From a virus: a DNA stretch of 64,000 nt. This document shows, in pieces, positions 26,107 through 35,867 of the stretch. The stretch's first letter is position 1; every line of letters begins with the position of its first letter. The translations under genes and the position numbers were made by a program. Under the pieces are notes generated by a model that saw nothing but the letters and a program-made list of their open reading frames with translations, was not told the DNA's origin and made no database searches. The DNA is taken from IMG/VR virus record IMGVR_UViG_3300032245_001170, positions 1 through 64,000 of that record; one strand, 5' to 3'.

Positions 26107-27633
26107 ATGACAACTTACAGCAGACCGGGAGTCTTCATCAATGAAGTGCCCCTGCCTCAACAAGTTGAACTAGCGAACAATGGACAGGCTCGTGGAGCGT
26201 TCCTTGGTGCATTTGCACAAGGACCTACAGACGCACCAGTTCTAATTCAAAGCTGGTACGACTTTGGAAAAACTTTTGGAAGCCTATCAGATAGCTACCC
26301 AGCTACTTGGTCAGTCTATTCGTTTTTCGCAAACGGTGGGCGTAGTGCATATATTAAGCGTGTTACGGGTGCAGGTGCTACAGCAGCATCAGTAGTACTA
26401 CGTGACCGTGCAGCTACACCTCTTAGCACACTTCGAGTAACAGCAAAAAGCGCTGGTGCTTGGGGTAACGGATTAAAGGCAGAAGTTAGATCCTCATCTA
26501 CAACAACCTTTAACTTAATCATTTCAGATGCAAATGGAATCCTAGAACAGTTTACTGATCTAAGCATGTCCACAACAAACAGCCGCTATTGCGTAGCATA
26601 CGTAAACTCAGCTTCATATTACGTAACACTTACTAACCTAGCAGCTGGTACAGCAGCACCAGACAACCAACCAGAAATTGCTGGACAAAAGGCATTTACA
26701 TCTGGAGCAGATGGTTCAGCACCTACACGTGCTAACTACCAAACTGCACTTACCACATTTGATGCAATTACTAATCCAATGCTTCTAATTAACGCAGACG
26801 CATCTTATGCTTTCGCATCAGGCGGAGAAACTAACGCCCGTGCAGCTAAGGTTCTTCTAGATAACGACGTGACTGCTTATGCAGATGCTCGTGGAGATGT
26901 ATTTGCCCTAATTGATCCACCAGCTGGAAGCACAGCTGCGGAAGCAATTACTTACGCAATTGATGGCTGTGGAGCAGTAGACGGCGGAAACGCAGCAACC
27001 TACTTCCCATGGGTAGTAATTCCAGACCTACTAAAGTCTGCACCTGGTGCAACTCGTGTAGTTGGTCCTGCAGCAATTGCAGCAGGTAAGTACCTAGAAA
27101 CAGATGCTTCTCGTGGCGTATTCAAGACCCCAGCTGGTTTTGGAACAAAAATTGGAAGCGCAGTTGCTTTAGAGCGTTCACTTACAAATGCTGAACTAGA
27201 CTCTCTAAACTCAGCTTCTAAGCCAGTAAACGCTATTCGTAACGTTCCTGGTGCAGGAATTGTAATTATGGGTGGTCGCACTCTAAATAACTCAACTGGA
27301 GAACGCTACATTAACGTACGTCGTTCATTGATTTTCTTGAAGAAAGAACTCACTGATCGCAGTAATTTTGCAGTGTTTGAGAACAACAGCGAAGTGCTTT
27401 GGTCTCAACTTCGTAACGCACTAGGCAATTTCCTTCGGGAATACTGGTCTCAAGGTGGGCTACGTGGATCAACTCCAAGTGAAGCATTTTACGTAAGATG
27501 TGATGCTTCAAACAACACAGCTACAGATATTTTAAACGGTCGAGTAAACATCGAAATTGGTGTAGCTGTTGAATATCCTGCAGAATTCATTGTGATCAGC
27601 ATTGGGCAGATCACCGGAAGCGCTTCGGCGTAG
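26107..27633 (+). CDS. Tail sheath protein
   Basis: YSRPGVFINE start; RGVFKTPAG, GGRTL, RYINVRR, AVFENN, PAEFIVI. Confidence 0.95.
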   Translation: MTTYSRPGVFINEVPLPQQVELANNGQARGAFLGAFAQGPTDAPVLIQSWYDFGKTFGSLSDSYPATWSVYSFFANGGRSAYIKRVTGAGATAASVVLRDRAATPLSTLRVTAKSAGAWGNGLKAEVRSSSTTTFNLIISDANGILEQFTDLSMSTTNSRYCVAYVNSASYYVTLTNLAAGTAAPDNQPEIAGQKAFTSGADGSAPTRANYQTALTTFDAITNPMLLINADASYAFASGGETNARAAKVLLDNDVTAYADARGDVFALIDPPAGSTAAEAITYAIDGCGAVDGGNAATYFPWVVIPDLLKSAPGATRVVGPAAIAAGKYLETDASRGVFKTPAGFGTKIGSAVALERSLTNAELDSLNSASKPVNAIRNVPGAGIVIMGGRTLNNSTGERYINVRRSLIFLKKELTDRSNFAVFENNSEVLWSQLRNALGNFLREYWSQGGLRGSTPSEAFYVRCDASNNTATDILNGRVNIEIGVAVEYPAEFIVISIGQITGSASA

Positions 27634-27653
27634 TAAGGAAAGGATAATAGACT

Positions 27654-28301
27654 ATGGCAACAGCAGCAAAAAAGACCGCGTTTACTAACGTGTTAAGTTC
27701 GCTTGCTACAGATCCCGTTCGTAATTTTCGGTTTCTTGTAGACTTCCTACCTAACTCCCAAACGCCGGCCTATGGTTTCGACACTAAAATGGGTTTCACC
27801 TCAGTATCAGGCTTAACAGTCTCTACTGAAGCAATCCAATACCGTGAGGGTGGGTACAACACCACTGTTCACCAATTACCTGGACAAACTTCTTTTAGTC
27901 CAATCACACTTAGCAAGGGCGTAATGTTGGGGGATTCCTCACAGGTCGCTTGGATGAAGCGTTTATTCTCTGTAATTAGCTCAGGCGCTAAAGGTGGAGT
28001 AGGAGCAGATTTCCGATGCAATTTGGATATTCGTGTTCTTAGTCATCCAAACCCTGCAGGAATTAATGGAAGTGCGGCTAACGCAACACTTTCAGCAGCA
28101 GGAACTACAAACTCAGATGCGCCACACGTAGCTATTCGCTTTAAAGTGTACAATGCTTGGATCACAAACCTTTCATACAGCAACCTAGATGCTGGTGGAA
28201 ATAGTTTGATGGTAGAAGAAATGACCCTAGTTCATGAAGGTTGGGAAGCATCCTATGCTTCAGACCTAACAGTTGCTGGGTCAGCAGCAGATATCTCATA
28301 A
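27654..28301 (+). CDS. Tail tube protein (T4 gp19-like)
   Basis: DPVRNFRF, GFTSVSGL, YREGG, ITLSKG, YNAW, LDA…EEMTLVHEG. Confidence 0.92.
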   Translation: MATAAKKTAFTNVLSSLATDPVRNFRFLVDFLPNSQTPAYGFDTKMGFTSVSGLTVSTEAIQYREGGYNTTVHQLPGQTSFSPITLSKGVMLGDSSQVAWMKRLFSVISSGAKGGVGADFRCNLDIRVLSHPNPAGINGSAANATLSAAGTTNSDAPHVAIRFKVYNAWITNLSYSNLDAGGNSLMVEEMTLVHEGWEASYASDLTVAGSAADIS

Positions 28302-28325
28302 CTAGACTAAGAAAAGGAACATAAA

Positions 28326-29153
28326 ATGTCTACAACTATTAATGCCTCAGAAAATCCGGCATTGGCAAACAAACTGTTAGAAGATGTAAACAAGCTTGTT
28401 AATGAGGAAGTGGTGGGATCTTTACCACAAGTAGTGCTCCCATCACTCCCTCAAACAGCGGTTATTCTTCCAGCGGGTTTTATTGACCCGCTTGAAGGAA
28501 CCGTGTACAGAGATGCTGAGGTCAGGGAACTTAACGGCGCAGATGAAGAGGCGATCGTAAAGATTTCAGACCCGGGCAAAGCACTGTTAGCTATCCTAGA
28601 GAGAGCAACAGTTTCTGTGGGAGGACAACCAGCTGACAAGGCAATTCTAAATTCCTTGCTTGCTGGAGATAGAGAAGCGTTGCTTTTAGCAATTAGAAAA
28701 GCAACTTTTGGTGCTGAAGTAGAGGTTTCTAACGTATGCGATAAGTGCCCTGAACTTCAAGTGTTCAAGGTGGATTTAGACGAAGACGTAGAAACTAAAG
28801 AATTAGCTGATCCTATCAATGACCGTAGATTTACAGTCGACCTAAAAGCTGGCCTTGCAAAGGTTAGCCTTCCAACAGGAGATGTTCAAACAAAGATCAT
28901 TAATGCTACGGACAAAAACTCTGCGGAATTAGACACTTTGCTTTTAACATCTTGTGTGCTTGAGATTGCGGATCAACCAATCCTAAACTCTACTCGAATT
29001 AGAAATCTAGGAATCAATGATCGTAGAACACTTCTAGAAGAGCTAGCAAAACGTAACCCTGGACCACAACTAAGCGAAATTAAAAAGGCTTGCAAAAACT
29101 GCGGCCAGGAGGTAAGCCTGCCACTAACCCTGGCAGAGTTGTTTCGTCAATGA
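28326..29153 (+). CDS. Tail assembly chaperone / hub assembly protein with CxxC pairs
   Basis: Between tube and tape measure; VRELNGADEE, GDREALLLAIRKATFG, CDKC and CKNC. Confidence 0.75.
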   Translation: MSTTINASENPALANKLLEDVNKLVNEEVVGSLPQVVLPSLPQTAVILPAGFIDPLEGTVYRDAEVRELNGADEEAIVKISDPGKALLAILERATVSVGGQPADKAILNSLLAGDREALLLAIRKATFGAEVEVSNVCDKCPELQVFKVDLDEDVETKELADPINDRRFTVDLKAGLAKVSLPTGDVQTKIINATDKNSAELDTLLLTSCVLEIADQPILNSTRIRNLGINDRRTLLEELAKRNPGPQLSEIKKACKNCGQEVSLPLTLAELFRQ

Positions 29154-29301
29154 AATAACTTATCAAGACACTATTGATTCTTATGATCTTCTAGCCCAGT
29201 TCTATCCGGGCTGGTCATTACAGGAGTTAAGAAGCCTTACAGTAAGAGAAAGATTAGTTTTTTTATCTAAAGCAGTAACCAGACCTAAGGTGGTGAGATA
29301 A
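29143..29301 (+). CDS. Frameshift extension of tail assembly chaperone (+1 frame, no usable start codon of its own)
   Basis: FVNEITYQDTIDSYDLLAQFYPGWSLQELRSLTVRERLVFLSKAVTRPKVVR*; GW…L…RER chaperone-like motif; entry at TTT_CGT. Confidence 0.7.
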   Translation, partial: FVNEITYQDTIDSYDLLAQFYPGWSLQELRSLTVRERLVFLSKAVTRPKVVR

Positions 29302-29302
29302 C

Positions 29303-32248
29303 TTGGCAAATGCGTATGAGAACCTAGGCATTGACGACGAAGCGTTTACTGGGCAAAAAAGCGCTAACAAGTTCTTTGGAACCATCAACAAAGAGATTAA
29401 AAGTTTCCATAAAGAAATGGAAGCTATTGAAAAGCGTGCAGAAGCCTTCCGTGAACACATGGAGGCTGCAAGTAAGCTAGACCTTGACGGTACCGGTAAA
29501 TCTGGTAACACTATGGGTCGAAGTCTTGCAGACATGCCTGGAGGTGCTAAAAGAAGTACCGCTGCAAACGTTGGTTTAGGTGTAGCAGCCTTAGGTGCGG
29601 GTGCTATGGGCATCATGCCTAACACTATGACAGCAGTAACCCAAAGACTAACCGCTGAGGGTGTTGCAATGTACAGCTCTGGAGGAATGGGCTCCAAAGG
29701 AGTAATTGCTTCTGCCAACTCTACGATTGGTCGCGGTAATGCAACCAGTGCCATGGGACCAACTATGGCTATGGGGCAAATCCTGTCTCAAGGTGGTTAC
29801 GGTTCTCAATCAGTAAGCACACAGAGAATCATGAGCCAACTTGGTGGCATGAGCGCCATCAGTGGTATGAGCAATGAACAAGCCGCGGGAGCATACGCTG
29901 GACAAAACGGCATGAATATGCTGCGCCTAGGAATAAGACTTCGTGATCGAGAAGGAAATCTTAGAGCTCCTAATGAGATTATTAATGAGCTTTATTCAAA
30001 GATATATCGGGGTAAGACACCTAAGAATCCCGAGGTAATGTTTAGCCCTAACAGCATTGAATATCAGACAATCATGAACATTGCTGGTGGCGATCCAAAC
30101 CTCTTTAACGTATATACCAGCGGACTTATGGCTCGGTTTAAAAACAATAAGCCTCTTACAGCAAAGCAAATGTCCAGTGCTAAGGGCATGCTTGGAACTA
30201 TGGGCGTAGGCGGCGGAGTTCAAGCAAGTAACTTTAATTTTCAAAGCTCACAAAATAGAGCTTTAGGAGCAACAGAAGAAGGATTAGTTGGCGGGTATCA
30301 AGGTGCGCTTAGCGCAGCCGCTGCAGTCAACAACGGGTTCTCAGCCATGGCAGAGACACTACCAGGTGTTGTAAACGGCTTAGCAGCCCTTAAGGGAGTG
30401 CTACAGACCCTTCCTATGGCAGGCGGTGCAGGTGCCACAATGTCTGGCGCAGCAGGCATGCTTTCAAATGCATTAATGATGAAAATGATGTTTGGTCGGG
30501 GAGCAACAAGCCTCATACCTACAGTAGGGGCTGGAGCTGCAACAGGTGCGGGTGCAGGTGCGGCCGCTACCGCAGCAGGAGCAGGCGCCGCTGCAAGTAA
30601 GTTTGGTAAGTTTGCTGGAATGGGCAAAGCAGTACCAATTTTAGGTTCAGCTCTTTCTGCTTTTGGTGGATATCAAACTGCAAAAACAAAAAAGAAATTT
30701 GATTGGGGATCTGTACTATCTAGCGCAGCAATCGGAGGAGGTACGGGAGCTCTTATGGGCTCCGCAACTGGCCCTGGAGCACTAGTGACAGGACTAATTG
30801 GTGCGCTAATTGGTGGAGGATCAAACGCAGCAGGACAACTTCTAGGTGGTATGGGTGGTGGAGAGAGTACTGGACCATCCTCTAATTCTCCAGGAACCAC
30901 GCCTATGGCTATCAATCCTGCGCCAAACTATCAAAGAATTTCTTCTCAATATGGAATGAGAAACGATCCAAACAATCCTAAAGAAAGACATCACCACGGC
31001 GGTATTGATTACGCTATGCCTGTAGGAAGTCCCGTACTTGCTGCAGCAGATGGCATTGTAGATCAAGTAACTACTCAACCTAACTCTTCAAGAAGTTTTG
31101 GACACTATGTAGTTATTAAGCACGAAGGTTTTTTTACATACTACGCTCACTTAAGCAAGTCCGTAGTCAAGGTTGGACAAGAGGTTCGTCAGGGGCAGCT
31201 CATTGCTTATTCTGGTGGTAAGAAAGGTGCTTGGGGATCTGGAAGCTCTACAGGACCACACTTGCACTTTGAAGTTAGATTAAGTAAGGGAAGTAAGCAG
31301 TCTGTAGATCCTCAAAGTATCTTTGGAAAAATTAAATCAAAAGTATCTAGTATCTTTACTGGCAAAAGTTCTAAAGACGAAATAAGCGAAGAAGATCTCT
31401 CACAGTTTGTGTTGGGCGGTAATACGCCAAAAAGCACTCAATTTGCTGGTGGTCAACTACTTGCTGCAATTCAACGCGGAGGTCCGCTTAGCTACGGAGA
31501 TATATCTAAAGATGGTGCTTTAGATTACGCTAAAAAAGTCGGAGAAAGCTCTAGCGTATTAGACGGTCTTATGGGAGACAGTCAAATGACCGCTGCAAGC
31601 GGAGACAGCGGTGGCATGGCTTTTGGTTCTCGTAAAGGACTAGTAAATGCACTGTACAAAGAAGGCTTTCGTGGGAAGTCTTTGCAAACAGCTTTTGCGG
31701 TTGCTTTAGCTGAGTCTGGTGGCAGAGCTAAGGCGGTAGGGGACGAAAACTTAGTAAACAAAAAATATGGCCCAAGTTTAGGCCTATTCCAGATTAGAAG
31801 TTTAAAGGACCCTAAAAAGTATGGTGGAGGGGAATGGAGAGACGGAAAACGTTTAACTGACCCTTCGTTTAACGTTAAGGCCGCCTGGAACATTTCTAAT
31901 CAGGGTCAAAATTGGAAAGCTTGGTCTGCATATAATAACGGATCTTTTTCTAAGTTTTTAGATGATGCAGAATCTGCTTCAAAAGCAGCTGGAATTCCTG
32001 GTTACTTTTATGGCACTGACCGTACTAAAGAAGGTTTGGCTTACCTTCACCCAGACGAGATGGTTCTTAATAAAGGTCAAGCAGACCTTGTTAGAAACAA
32101 CCGCGGTAATGGTGGGGCAACGAGCATTAATGTTAGTATGACCGTTAATATTGCTAAAGCAGGAGATCAAGAAGTACTGGTTATGCTAGACAAATTTAAG
32201 AAAGCTATAGCTTCAGATCGAGATCTTGAACAGTTAGGTAAATACTAA
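29303..32248 (+). CDS. Tape measure protein with M23 peptidase and lytic transglycosylase-like domains
   Basis: Ala/Gly/Met-rich N-half; HGGIDY…YAHL…STGPHLHFEVR (M23); AESGG…GLFQI…WKAWSAY (lysozyme-like). Confidence 0.9.
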   Translation: MANAYENLGIDDEAFTGQKSANKFFGTINKEIKSFHKEMEAIEKRAEAFREHMEAASKLDLDGTGKSGNTMGRSLADMPGGAKRSTAANVGLGVAALGAGAMGIMPNTMTAVTQRLTAEGVAMYSSGGMGSKGVIASANSTIGRGNATSAMGPTMAMGQILSQGGYGSQSVSTQRIMSQLGGMSAISGMSNEQAAGAYAGQNGMNMLRLGIRLRDREGNLRAPNEIINELYSKIYRGKTPKNPEVMFSPNSIEYQTIMNIAGGDPNLFNVYTSGLMARFKNNKPLTAKQMSSAKGMLGTMGVGGGVQASNFNFQSSQNRALGATEEGLVGGYQGALSAAAAVNNGFSAMAETLPGVVNGLAALKGVLQTLPMAGGAGATMSGAAGMLSNALMMKMMFGRGATSLIPTVGAGAATGAGAGAAATAAGAGAAASKFGKFAGMGKAVPILGSALSAFGGYQTAKTKKKFDWGSVLSSAAIGGGTGALMGSATGPGALVTGLIGALIGGGSNAAGQLLGGMGGGESTGPSSNSPGTTPMAINPAPNYQRISSQYGMRNDPNNPKERHHHGGIDYAMPVGSPVLAAADGIVDQVTTQPNSSRSFGHYVVIKHEGFFTYYAHLSKSVVKVGQEVRQGQLIAYSGGKKGAWGSGSSTGPHLHFEVRLSKGSKQSVDPQSIFGKIKSKVSSIFTGKSSKDEISEEDLSQFVLGGNTPKSTQFAGGQLLAAIQRGGPLSYGDISKDGALDYAKKVGESSSVLDGLMGDSQMTAASGDSGGMAFGSRKGLVNALYKEGFRGKSLQTAFAVALAESGGRAKAVGDENLVNKKYGPSLGLFQIRSLKDPKKYGGGEWRDGKRLTDPSFNVKAAWNISNQGQNWKAWSAYNNGSFSKFLDDAESASKAAGIPGYFYGTDRTKEGLAYLHPDEMVLNKGQADLVRNNRGNGGATSINVSMTVNIAKAGDQEVLVMLDKFKKAIASDRDLEQLGKY

Positions 32249-34158
32249 TGGCAGTTAAATATTGGGCTGAAATTGTTCGTGAGACACCTGCTACCAAAAA
32301 TCTTTGTGGGGAGCAGGTATTTTACGCTGTACGAGTATTTAAGGGTGATACAACTGACCCATCAATTGAGTATCAACTTGAATCTTTTAACCGAATAGAA
32401 TTATCCGGCGACGATTCTCGTAGAGCTGTAGTAACTACTAAGGACGTTAAAGATCTTTCAGAGGGTGCCGTAATAAAGACTGGGGACCCGTTTAGAAAAC
32501 CTTTAGATAGGGATTATTTTAGGGTTTCATTTACTGCAAGTAAACCAGGTACTTACACGCCTAAGTTTACAATTAGAGTTTACCAACCATTTCAGTCTAT
32601 TATTCCGGGTTTTTCTAACGCTTCAACTAGCCAATTAAGAGCAAGCACTGAGCAAGCAGACATAAACACCGGAGTTCCGGAAATACAAATAATTGCTCCT
32701 AGACAAAATAGTACTTTTAACTGGGGTCAAATTGGTTACAACCCCACAAAATGGCAAACAGTTACTATCCCTACAATTACATTTACAAAAGCAGCTGTAA
32801 CTCCAGATAGAGATTCCGTACTAGCAGAAGCTACTACAGTTGATGGTTGGACTTGGGATGAATGTACAGGAAAACGTTGGGTAGCCGTATTTGCAACATA
32901 CCGCTATGTTTTAACTAAGAGTCCATATACTGTAGCGTCAAATTTAACCGCAACTGGTTCTAGTCCAAACGTAGACGGTGCGTATTCAAAACAAATTAAA
33001 TACACAGTTAGAGCCCTTTCTCAAACAGATTTAAAAGCCTATCCAAACGCTTCTTTTGCAGAACATAAGGAAGCTGGACGTGTAAAAGTTATTTGGACTG
33101 CTTCTGGTTGGGATTGGGCAGCTACAGGTAAGGCGTTTGTTGATCCAAAAACTCCTAAACCAAGCATTACTGCCCAGTCTTATAAAAATGAAGCTATCGC
33201 TACACGTAAAAAGTTTTCTGTAGCTATTTGCGGTGGTGGTGGTGGTGGCGGTAATAATACGCCTCCTGCCACAGTAACTCCTACTCCAGAAACAGTAAAA
33301 GCAGCAAGCAACTTTAATCCGTATCCACACATAACTACTAGACATTTTGCTGGTCGTATTTGGAAAGACGCCCCACAAGGTAGCGGAGACAACCAATACG
33401 ATCAATTAGCTTCTTTTTATATAGACCCTGAAATTGTTAATTTACCAGATAAAAAATTAGATCTTTTGCCTGGAGGACAATCTGCTAATTTAAATCGTTT
33501 CTGGGGATTTAGGTTCTTATACAACCCTCAGTATATTAGTTATAACATGAGTTCCAATAACAAGGTGGACTGGACACGTCCAAATGAAAACGACGCAGTT
33601 TTAGTAGCCTCTGGCATTGGAGGAAGTATTACTGTAAATATTTTGTTAGACCGAGTAGCAGACATGGTTACTATGCGTCAATGGAAAGAGTCTGGAAAAA
33701 CACTTGATCTTCAGCCATACTACCCAACGGGTATGACAGCTGAACAGTGCGCCGGCATTCTCCATAGAGGTACAGAATACGACCTTGAATATTTATTTAG
33801 AGTTATAAATGGAAATCCTCAAGCAGTTACTCTTATGGGTTCAGACCCTAAGGATGGGCTTGAGTTACTTAGTGCTAACATGGGCTACTTAACCCAACTT
33901 CCGTTTATATTTAAAGTTTCTGAGAGAATGCGATACAAAGTTATTATGCAAAGCATAAGCGTAGAGCATAGTATGTTTACTCGAGAAATGATCCCTATTA
34001 GGTCTGTTGTACAGATTAATCTTGAGCGTATCCCAGATCTTGCGAGTTCATTTGATGTATTTAAAAATGCTGAGGAACTTAATAGGGTTACTCCGGTTGT
34101 TAAGATGAGTTCTTCAGACATTGTCGCTTCTAGACGAGCAAGGGATGGGTTCTTATAA
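32248..34158 (+). CDS. Baseplate/tube-initiator-like protein with long N-terminal extension
   Basis: GFRFLYNP…ITVNILLDR…HSMFTREMIPIRS C-terminal part; position after tape measure. Confidence 0.55.
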   Translation: MAVKYWAEIVRETPATKNLCGEQVFYAVRVFKGDTTDPSIEYQLESFNRIELSGDDSRRAVVTTKDVKDLSEGAVIKTGDPFRKPLDRDYFRVSFTASKPGTYTPKFTIRVYQPFQSIIPGFSNASTSQLRASTEQADINTGVPEIQIIAPRQNSTFNWGQIGYNPTKWQTVTIPTITFTKAAVTPDRDSVLAEATTVDGWTWDECTGKRWVAVFATYRYVLTKSPYTVASNLTATGSSPNVDGAYSKQIKYTVRALSQTDLKAYPNASFAEHKEAGRVKVIWTASGWDWAATGKAFVDPKTPKPSITAQSYKNEAIATRKKFSVAICGGGGGGGNNTPPATVTPTPETVKAASNFNPYPHITTRHFAGRIWKDAPQGSGDNQYDQLASFYIDPEIVNLPDKKLDLLPGGQSANLNRFWGFRFLYNPQYISYNMSSNNKVDWTRPNENDAVLVASGIGGSITVNILLDRVADMVTMRQWKESGKTLDLQPYYPTGMTAEQCAGILHRGTEYDLEYLFRVINGNPQAVTLMGSDPKDGLELLSANMGYLTQLPFIFKVSERMRYKVIMQSISVEHSMFTREMIPIRSVVQINLERIPDLASSFDVFKNAEELNRVTPVVKMSSSDIVASRRARDGFL

Positions 34159-34439
34159 TGGCTGTATATAGAAACTCTCGTTATGACGACGGAGACGCAC
34201 AACAAATTAAAAATAAGACTACGGGAGCTTACGCTTGGACTGTTTACCGTACTTTCCCAGGAGCCAGCTTTATTTCTTATATTGACTACACTTGGGTAGA
34301 CGGAGATAGGTTAGATTATCTAGCTGCAACCTACCTTAGAGACTCTACCTTATGGTGGCAAATATTAGACATAAATCCAGGACTACCAGACGCTTTAGAA
34401 ATATCTCCTGGAACTATTATAAGAATTCCACGGGTGTAA
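34158..34439 (+). CDS. LysM-like baseplate protein (P2 gpX-like)
   Basis: NSRY…GDRLDYLA…LWWQILDINP…PGTIIRIP. Confidence 0.8.
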   Translation: MAVYRNSRYDDGDAQQIKNKTTGAYAWTVYRTFPGASFISYIDYTWVDGDRLDYLAATYLRDSTLWWQILDINPGLPDALEISPGTIIRIPRV

Positions 34440-34440
34440 T

Positions 34441-35277
34441 ATGGCCACTCCTTTATACAAAAGAAACGCTGTTAAAACACCTATTGAAAGGTTTCCTGAA
34501 AGAAAAGTCAGTTTTCCTTTAAGCCCTTCTTTTAATTTAGTGCTTTTAAACGCACAATTAGAGCAAGAGTTTGATTCTCACGACAAACTAGTATTAAAGT
34601 TTGCTGGAAAAATTGAAAACGTAAATGGTTTTGTTAGCTCTGGAGACCCAGTTCAATTTGATTATTCTGGTTCTGGAAGCTCATCAAGTTGGGTGGGGTA
34701 TGTTCACAAAATTATACCTTCTACGGTAAGAGACAACATGACCACAGTTATTTGCATATCTCCAACCTATTTATTAAAAACAACTAAACAAAAAATCTAT
34801 AAAAATGTAACTGCGGATCAAGTTGTTCAAAAAATTTGTAAACAGTACGGGTTGAAAGCAGTAACTCAACGACATCCAAGAGTATTTGCTACTATTGGTC
34901 AAGCAGGGCAGAGTGATTGGCAATTGCTTCGAAGACTAGCTAAGCAAACAGGTTTTGGATTAAAAATTACGGGTACAACCGTGTATTTTATGTCAAAAAA
35001 CAAATTAAGTTCTGCTAGTACTGCCAGATCTCCGTATTTCTTTAGAGAAACGGCAGCTCCAAGCGTACGAGGCATTATTGCAATGGGTACAATCCTTGAC
35101 TTCATACCTCAAATTTCTGATGAAGCCCCAGATATGATTGGCGCCACTGTAGACCGAGTAGTTAGCGGATTACACTCTACAAATAACAAGGCCATCACTA
35201 CTAAGCATAAAATTGCCCCTGCTAAAAAGAAAACAAACGGTACAGTAACCCCTAACAAGAAATTTCTTAAAAAATGA
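34441..35277 (+). CDS. Baseplate hub protein, N-terminal part (gpD/gp27-like)
   Basis: TADQVV.KI…QAGQSDWQLLRRLAKQTGF. Confidence 0.75.
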   Translation: MATPLYKRNAVKTPIERFPERKVSFPLSPSFNLVLLNAQLEQEFDSHDKLVLKFAGKIENVNGFVSSGDPVQFDYSGSGSSSSWVGYVHKIIPSTVRDNMTTVICISPTYLLKTTKQKIYKNVTADQVVQKICKQYGLKAVTQRHPRVFATIGQAGQSDWQLLRRLAKQTGFGLKITGTTVYFMSKNKLSSASTARSPYFFRETAAPSVRGIIAMGTILDFIPQISDEAPDMIGATVDRVVSGLHSTNNKAITTKHKIAPAKKKTNGTVTPNKKFLKK

Positions 35278-35867
35278 CAAAAAACGTACATAGTAAAACC
35301 TCTAAAAAAGCAAAATTTGTAAAACATTTACCTTTTGAGGTTGCAAAAACCATTTCTGAAGCAAAATTTATTGCAGAGGATTTAGCAGAAGCTAATAGAT
35401 ACAACTATAGAGCTGTTGCCACCCTTAACGGTAACTCTGACGTCAGAGTTGGAGAAACAATCTATTTAGACAAGTTAGCACAAAATATGTCGGGGTATTG
35501 GACTGTGCTTTCAATTAGTCATCGTTTTGGTACAGGAAACACCACCTACCAGATGGACGTTTTGCTTGGAGCAGATTCCATAGGAAACGCAGATAACAAA
35601 AATGTCAGCAAAATTTCTGGAAAAAGAGATTTTGAGGCAGAGCTTTCAAACCAATCTTTAAAACCAAAGGGACCTAAGTTAAACAACTATACTATTGGTG
35701 TGAACAACGGAAGAACAGACTTAGGGGTTAAGGCTACTAAGTCATCTAAAAACATACCTGGTCCTAATACCAAACCCTTAGCTACAAAGTACACTCCAAA
35801 TATCTACAAAAATGAAGTTCCTGACTTTTCACAAGTTGGCAGACAAGTTACTTGGACGGCAAGATGA
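35274..35867 (+). CDS. Baseplate hub protein, C-terminal part
   Basis: A.ATLNGNSDVRVGETIYL…SGYWTV.SISHRF is typical of gpD/VgrG-like C-terminal halves. Confidence 0.6.
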   Translation: MTKNVHSKTSKKAKFVKHLPFEVAKTISEAKFIAEDLAEANRYNYRAVATLNGNSDVRVGETIYLDKLAQNMSGYWTVLSISHRFGTGNTTYQMDVLLGADSIGNADNKNVSKISGKRDFEAELSNQSLKPKGPKLNNYTIGVNNGRTDLGVKATKSSKNIPGPNTKPLATKYTPNIYKNEVPDFSQVGRQVTWTAR

